From NCBI RefSeq assembly GCF_009914755.1, contig NC_060930.1: a stretch of 64,000 bases of DNA, one strand, 5' to 3'. Position numbers and translations under genes: made by a program. The stretch is from the human T2T-CHM13v2.0 reference genome, Homo sapiens. Below the pieces are notes generated by a model that saw only the letters and a list, made by a program, of their open reading frames with translations, was not told where the DNA came from and did not search any database. Positions 56,761 to 64,000 of this stretch are shown piece by piece. Positions within the stretch are counted from its first letter, which is position 1; each line of letters starts with the position of its first letter.

Positions 56761-57081
56761 AATTCTGAGAAGAAACCTTTTGACCTTTCCAATTCAAAGA
56801 GCCAGTTTGTGAAGGAATGTGGGACCTCTGCTTGTCCTCTTTCCTGTGAACTTCCCTCTTATAAATACACAACAAAAAGTGACAAGGAGAGACAGAAACA
56901 AGTGGTTGTGTTGTTAATACTAAGGCAGTTTGCACCATAAATAAAAGTTTTCCAAATCTGATCAGAGAACAAATAATTCCTAAAATGGATTCTTTATTCC
57001 TAAGAGTTAAACTTAGCATATAGAAAACTCACCACTGGTTTCTGAGACAGTGGTGGAGAGGTGTTAAGAATTTGCATTTCT

Positions 57082-57270
57082 TTCTTTTTTTAATATTTTA
57101 TTTTATTATATTTTAAGGTCTGGGATACTTGTGCAGGACACGCAGGTTTGTTACATAGGAAAATGTGTGCCACAGTGCTTTGCTGCACCTATCAACCCAT
57201 CACCTAGGTATTAAGCCCAACATGCATTAGCTATTTATCCTGATGCTCTTCCCCCACCCCCGACCCCTCC
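57082..57270 (-). mobile_element. Short L1PA 3'-end insertion with 16-bp TSD
   Basis: Reverse L1 3' UTR (gtgcaggacacgcaggtttgttacatagg...catgcattagctatttatcctgatgctct); TSD aagaatttgcatttct at 57066-57081 and 57271-57286. Confidence 0.92.
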
Positions 57271-59134
57271 AAGAATTTGCATTTCTAACAAGTTCTTCCA
57301 GGGCTCAAGAAGCCACCAAGTATCTATTATTAAGTCAAGGATCTTGAGCAGGAATCCTAGTGGGAGCTCTAAGCGTGTCAAATACTGATTTCCTAAAAAC
57401 AAAACAAAGCACCAAAATAACCTATTGATAAGATGAAGCTGGTAATAAAGTACTGCTTGACAGTCTTGAATGAGGAGAGCAAAGACAGGATGTATACATA
57501 TAAGGGTTTGGATTCTGGTTTAAGATAGGTCTTTCAATACAGGATCTTTCAATATTAGGAGTGCGTGAGGGTCATACTATAATAGTTTAGAATTTATAGG
57601 CTTAGCAAGGCAAGAATTCCGAGGCAAAATCTTAAGACTATGAAGAGTGAACAGATGTGTGATGCTATATCAACGGTAAAGTTGAACAATTTGATGTTCC
57701 TTTAAATTGGGTTTTGGGAAGTTCCTGGAATAAACAATGAAGTTACTTGCAACTTTTTTCTTCCTGGGCAAGAGATTATCAGATAGTAAAATCATGTAGA
57801 CAAAGACAGTAAAATGCTAAAGTAATGTTAGTAAAATCATGTTAACATTGACAGCTGTGTGTAGGTAGATTTATATACACATATTTATATATTTTATCTC
57901 CTTTGGAGCATTGCATATACACAAAATGTAATTATCCTAGTATTGCATATGCAATTGTCATATTATTGATGAAAATAGACTGCAAATTTAGATATGTCAA
58001 TATTAAAATCTACTTGCAAACATGCAATTACTATGATTTAAATAATAATTATCTTCATTATAACTTCACCTTGTACATCACAAATTTTCATTGAAAATTA
58101 CTTTGTGATATTTATGAGTCTAAGGAAGCTTCATGTCACGGCCAATTTATTTAGCAAGGGTTGGGGGTATTGTATTATGCTAGCAACTGAAACTGAAAAT
58201 GCAGTGCACACATTTGTTTGAGTTACTTTCAGATAAAAAGAATTTTGGTGAAGGGGGGGAGGAGTGTTTTAATATATTTAAGAAAAATCCTAATAATCAT
58301 TAATCGACTGAGAAAATGGTTGTCAAATTTTATGAGATAAGAGAGCTAGTCTCAGTAAAGTGGAATCTTCAGACCAAAATCGGATCATCCTGCTCAGCAA
58401 TATAGTCAGTAAGTTTTGCTTACTTTCAGATATTGATTATCCAAGTGTGTTTCTGGGACCATCGGCATTAGCATCACCTGAAAACTTGTTGATCTACAAA
58501 TTCTTGGGCCCCACTTCAGAGCTACTGACTCAAAAACTCTTGGATTGGCCCAACAATCTTGCTTTAATAGCCCTGGTATAGGGTCCAGTTTGAGAATCTC
58601 CTAATGTTAGGGTAGAATCCAATTGCTCTGATACACAGATAACAACCTTCTTTTGAATATTCTTTTGAATATTTTGGGCCTCAAAGATTACAGGAACTGA
58701 GGAAACCAATTAGTCAATGGAGGCTGAGAGAGTTTGTGCTATTTTATCAAATTAACTATACAAATATTTTTAATTGAGACCCCATACACTTTAGAAAACT
58801 ATTGTGATAAGAATACTTTTTAAAAGGTAAAATCATGACTCACCTACAAATATAAATGAACATTTAAAGATTTACTCCTTAAATTAGTTAAAGTACCAGT
58901 AAGATGTTAAAAACCATATAGTTGTGTTTGTCAGATTGGAGCAAAAGTAACAAGGTCAAGATGAGATTTGCAATTGTTAAACATTCGGACACATGAGCTT
59001 TCTGAAGGCAAAAGCATAGACACAAAAGAGTAGATAGGTATTCAATCCTTCTATGGAACTTGCAGGCCAAGATAAAGCATAAGAATTGATTAGGAAATCA
59101 TTAGAAACTTACAAAAGTATTGGAAAAGTATTTC

Positions 59135-59575
59135 AAATTCATTGTGGTAAAATCCATATTGCAAAATGTATCATTTTAACTATTTTTAAGTGTACGATTA
59201 GTAGTATTAAATACATTCACATTCATTTCCAAAGCATTTTCATCATCCCAAATTGAAACTATGAAACTTGGTACCCTTTAAACACTAACTCCTTATCCTG
59301 CATTCCCCCATGACCCTGGAAACCACTATTCTACTCTGTGTCTATGAATTTGCTTATTCCAGGTACTTCTTGTAAGTGGAATCATAAACATTTGCCCTTT
59401 CGTGTCTGGTTTATTTCACTTTGTCTTCAAAGTTCATCCATGTTGTAACATGTATGACAATTTTATTCCTTATTAAGGCTGAATTATATGACATCATATG
59501 TTTATGACACATTTTGCTTATCCATTCATACTTCAATAGATATTTAGGTTATTTCCACCTTTTAACTATTGTGAA
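59135..59575 (-). mobile_element. L1MB/M-type fragment
   Basis: attgtggtaaaat...ccctggaaaccactattctactctgtgtctatgaattt...tttccaccttttaactattgtgaa. Confidence 0.8.
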
Positions 59576-60041
59576 AGTACATTTTTTAGTAGAGTACTGG
59601 GGGCGATGCAGATCACAAGAGACTAATTGAATAAAGAGGTTAGTTAGTATTATCTGTATCAACTCATGAGAAGTATAACTGTGAGAGTGAAAGGGAATGT
59701 GGAACAAGCCATGGAGGTATGCAATGTCCCTTTAAATGCAGTGGTCTATATCACAGAAGGTTCTGACCTGCAGGGTGAAAGTGCCAAGATAAGGGAGAAG
59801 AAGTGAACCTAAAAGCAAGAAAGACTGCATTTGGAATCTTAATATTCTCTTTCCATCAATCCACATGATACCCAAGAAGAACACAGAATTTAAGAAAGTT
59901 CAGTATCTGCTTACTTGGCAATTAACAAAGGGGGAAGCTTCTGTGAAACTTCACTTTGAAAACTCGAAGTTTCTCTTCTGATAGTTGACCTATATCCAGT
60001 CCACCATTAATAGTCTTTCCTTGTTTCTGCCTCAATCTTGG

Positions 60042-60135
60042 TCTCTCTCTCTCTCTCTCTCTGTCTCCTTCTCTCTCTCTCTCTCTCTCTGTCTCCTTCT
60101 CTCTCTCTCTCTGTCTCTGTCTCTCTCTCTCTCTT

Positions 60136-60172
<37 letters not shown>
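60042..60172. repeat. (CT)n-(CA)n compound microsatellite
   Basis: Direct reading. Confidence 0.95.
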
Positions 60173-60173
<1 letters not shown>

Positions 60174-61859
60174 AAAACTCAAGGACAAAGGGGAGATGGA
60201 TCTAATTGTCTAATTGACCAAACATTTTTTTAAAGCCACATAAAAATTACAACACTTATTTGCCTGCAATCACACAAACTTGGTCATCATTTAACACTAA
60301 GCTTCACGCAAAACAGGAGGGAAGAGTGATGATTTTTAATGCTGAGAAAGTAATTTTGTTTTAAACGTAGGAAGGAGTTTTTCCATTCCTAACAAAGAAC
60401 ACCCTGTGATCCTACAAACAATAAACTTTCCTGTTATCAATTTTTAAAACATCTAGTAAAATACCACTGCGCAGTACAGGACTACAATATTTCACTGTTG
60501 CCTGGTCTAGGGTCACCATTCCCTCGGTGATTAGCAAAAACTAGGTGTTTTCTTCAGGGAATCATGCGATAATTCATTTAACAACATAATTTCTGAAAAC
60601 GTTTTAAAAAGTACACATACCTATTACTATTTAATTCTTACAAATATATTTAATTATAGCTGATATTTAATAACTAAGAAATTTCATTCTTTTATACTTT
60701 CATATATGACTTTCCCAAGGTAGAATCTGTCCGTAAATTTGGTTGTTTATTAATTGCCTGGTGGCTGTCTAAACACGGGGGAGATGCATTTTATCACTTC
60801 CAGATTCCTCAATGTGTTCTTCCCTGGCACTTTACTAGAAATAAAAGTAATAAACCTTGTCTTTACTCAACACTTACCATGTTCTTAGACACTTGTTCTA
60901 GACCCATTACATACCTTACTCCACTTCTCATAAAATCCTGCAGGATGGCTATTACGGCCATTTTGCAGATGAGAGAACCTGCTCAGCAAGGCTACTTCCT
61001 AAGCAGGTAACAGGCTAACCTGGGCTTTAAACCCAAATATATCTCACTCCAAAGTTGTGTTCTCACCTCAAAAACCAGCCTCTCAAAGGAGCAAGTATGC
61101 CACAGATAGTCTAACTAACATCAATCAAGTTAAAACTCCAATGAGGCAAGGACATCACGAAGTATGTTTTGGGAATAAGTGTTTTAGGAGAGCTCCATAC
61201 TTTCCTTCATACTTGTTACAAGAAGGTGGTTCAGATTTAGATAAGCCAGGATGAGTATTTCTATCACTGTCCCCGACTCTTTCACATCAGGGACGTTCTG
61301 GGCATCGAGCCATTACTTTTCTCTGTTCCACAGGTGTAGAGGGCTGAGTTAATCATAGCCTCTGGTTCATGTCACACTGTTTCCCGGCTTGGCGCCAGAC
61401 TCCTCTCCTGTTGTTATCTGTCTGATAATTCCCTTTTTTTTGCCATTATCCACTTTCCTTCTCCTCCCCCTACCACTAAGGCAAGTCTGATGTCAGCCTT
61501 TTATTTTATGTGTTCTTGAAAATGCTTACTGTGGTTTCTGTGCAAGTGTGAGGATGCTGAGGGCTCACTGTGAGGCATAAACCCTGCACTAGAACCCCTT
61601 TGGGGTAAGGAATGGGGACTCCAGTCCTGGCTTTGCTCCTCCCCAGCCAAGACATTTTCAAAGCCAGCTATTCTCTGTGAGCCTATCCCTTCATCTAAAA
61701 ACGAGGATAATGCTACTTGTCTTGCCGCTCATAAAATAGTGAAAGCTATAAAGCTCACGTGTGGTTTTATCTCAGGAATCATCTGTGCTATAAAAAGTGA
61801 TGGCTGTTTTGATGTGGCCACTTTTTGAAGATATTCCATGTAGAAGTCTGATTTCAGGC

Positions 61860-62230
61860 TGCCATGGACTGAGCTGAGTCCTCTGAAAATTCATATTTTG
61901 AAGCTTTAACCCACAATGGGACTGCATTTAAAGATGGGGTCTATAAGGAGGTAATAAATGCTAAATGAGATTACAGAGTTCTAATCTGATACAACTGACA
62001 TTCTTATAAGAAAAGGAAGCAACATAAGAGCTCACTCTCTCCATGTGCTCACAGAGAAGAAGCCGCGTAAGGACACAGTAAGAAGGAAGCTGTCTGCAAG
62101 CCAGGAAGAGAGCCCTCACCAGAAACTAACCCTGAGGGTGCCTTCATCTTAGACTTTTGGCCTTCAGAACTATGAGAAAATATGCCACTCAGGCTATGGT
62201 ATTTTGTTATGGCAGCCCAAGCAGATGAAA
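61860..62230 (+). mobile_element. MLT1A-like MaLR LTR
   Basis: tgccatggactgag...aaaattcatattttgaagc...gtctgcaagccaggaagagagccctcaccagaa...ggtattttgttatggcagcccaagc. Confidence 0.85.
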
Positions 62231-63635
62231 GTGCAGACCCTCCTCTGCAATGTATCATTTGTACCAAAAGTAAACACCAATAAAAGTATGATTCCTAACC
62301 CTGGAATGTTCTGGAGTGATAAGACATTCCCACTATGAAATTAATTTGCATTTTACTTAATGTGTGCTAGATGGCACTTTTGGAAGAGAGCCACAAATCA
62401 GGGCTGCCGGTTCTGCTGCATGTGACAGCAGAGTGGTGAAACATTAAAGAGAGGGGAGCTCTCACCAGACCCAATGTCTCAACACTTGTTCCTCCTAGGA
62501 TGTCCTCCACAGCAACAAAATTCTGAAAAATCTATTTGTTGCTCTTTCTAACACCTAGAACAGAAAAACATAAGAACTGAGAAAGGTTGGTTTGGGTGGC
62601 AGGCAGTGAATTCACTAAGGTCCTTGTTCCCCCTTTGATGTCTCATGGTTCAATAACTCCTTTAGCGTGAGTGGACACAAATATCATTTCTGGAGCTGCC
62701 AATATAATTGATAAAAAATAGCCAATATTACCAGATAAGCGTCTGACACCAGAATTCCCCTTAAGAAGGAAATTGGTTTTGTGTTCAGAAAAATACCCCA
62801 TCAGGGTTTGGCCATAGCCAGTGACATGTCATGAGCTCCTGGAGTACAGCTGTTCAGTGGGAGACAAGGAGACAAATATGTCCTTTATTCTGGAAAGGGG
62901 GTGGGAAGGGTGGTGACAGATAGAAGAAGAGACGAAGGCGAAGAAGACGGATGAGAGGTTTTGCCGATGGCTGCATGTGGTGCGATAGGACCCTTCCCTA
63001 AGACTCCTCGTATGTCCAGCAAAGTTAACATCCCCATGTGTATGGTGTGAGTGCATCTGTTATGAACTCAGGTGAAAGGTGAGGCTTATGCCTGGGCAGT
63101 GACTGAGGTAGCTCATGTTGTCGTGGTGGTGGAGACAGAAGGTGCCCGAGGCAAGTTAGCCATCAAGAATCAGGAGAATTCATGGTGAGGGGGCCAGGTT
63201 GCCACAGGTCTTTAAAAATTTAGTACCTACATCAAATTGACTTGCAAGGACCTTTGCTGACATTCAAACCACAGGAATAGAAGAGAGCCAGATGGTCCCA
63301 CATTTTTCAAACATTTGAATGGAGTGTGGAGGAATGTCCCTACTAAAATATTTTCAACCGAACCCCATCTCTCATCCTGAGCTTTATGCATCTACCCGGT
63401 TGTTTTTTCCAGGAAGTTTGAGTCCATTAGAGGCAAAGTGAGAGATGAGAACCATGTTAGGCTGCAGAAAGGGACACTAAGAAAGCCACAGAGATGCAGA
63501 AAATAATGACGCAGGAAGCCTGACTTATAGTAGGCAGCCATAAAGCTGGCAGGGGTGACCATCATTTGTCAGGTAAAATAGTCTCTCAAAGCTCCAACTG
63601 GTTTCTGCATTCAGAGCTAAGGAATCACTCATCTG

Positions 63636-63946
<311 letters not shown>

Positions 63947-64000
63947 ATCCCTCATCTGCCCTGCAGCCACAGCACACACAAAATCATCCACCATATTCAG

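Noticed and set aside
62820-63210. CpG-retaining, GA-rich stretch as an exon or promoter
   Set aside because: No convincing splice pair or recognisable ORF. It may be an old LTR, but I cannot assign it from sequence alone.

Overview
Human-type (primate) genomic DNA containing the 3' end of UTRN (utrophin) on the + strand. Ten coding exons lie at 3490-33614. They correspond one-to-one to dystrophin exons 70-79, total 945 nt, and encode [10 protein letters not shown]...PNVPSRPQAM*. A ~2 kb 3' UTR follows, ending near 35650. Downstream, about 40.1-57.9 kb is a heavily decayed but reconstructable ERV1-class provirus on the - strand, with paired LTRs and gag, protease, RT, RNase H, integrase and env-TM motifs in order. 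At least 14 younger elements have inserted into it. Notable features inside it: (1) a chimeric THE1-LTR / HERV-L internal / MLT2A-LTR element under one target-site duplication; (2) a ~340 bp inversion of the RT start bounded by inverted microsatellites; (3) a solo LTR7 (HERV-H) with the SOX2/3 motif, pointing back at UTRN; (4) a MER41B with two intact GAS (STAT) motifs. The introns also hold two ~150 bp local direct duplications, one of which splits an Alu. Exon coordinates were read directly from the sequence. Repeat family names come from recalled consensus sequences and need RepeatMasker/Dfam confirmation.
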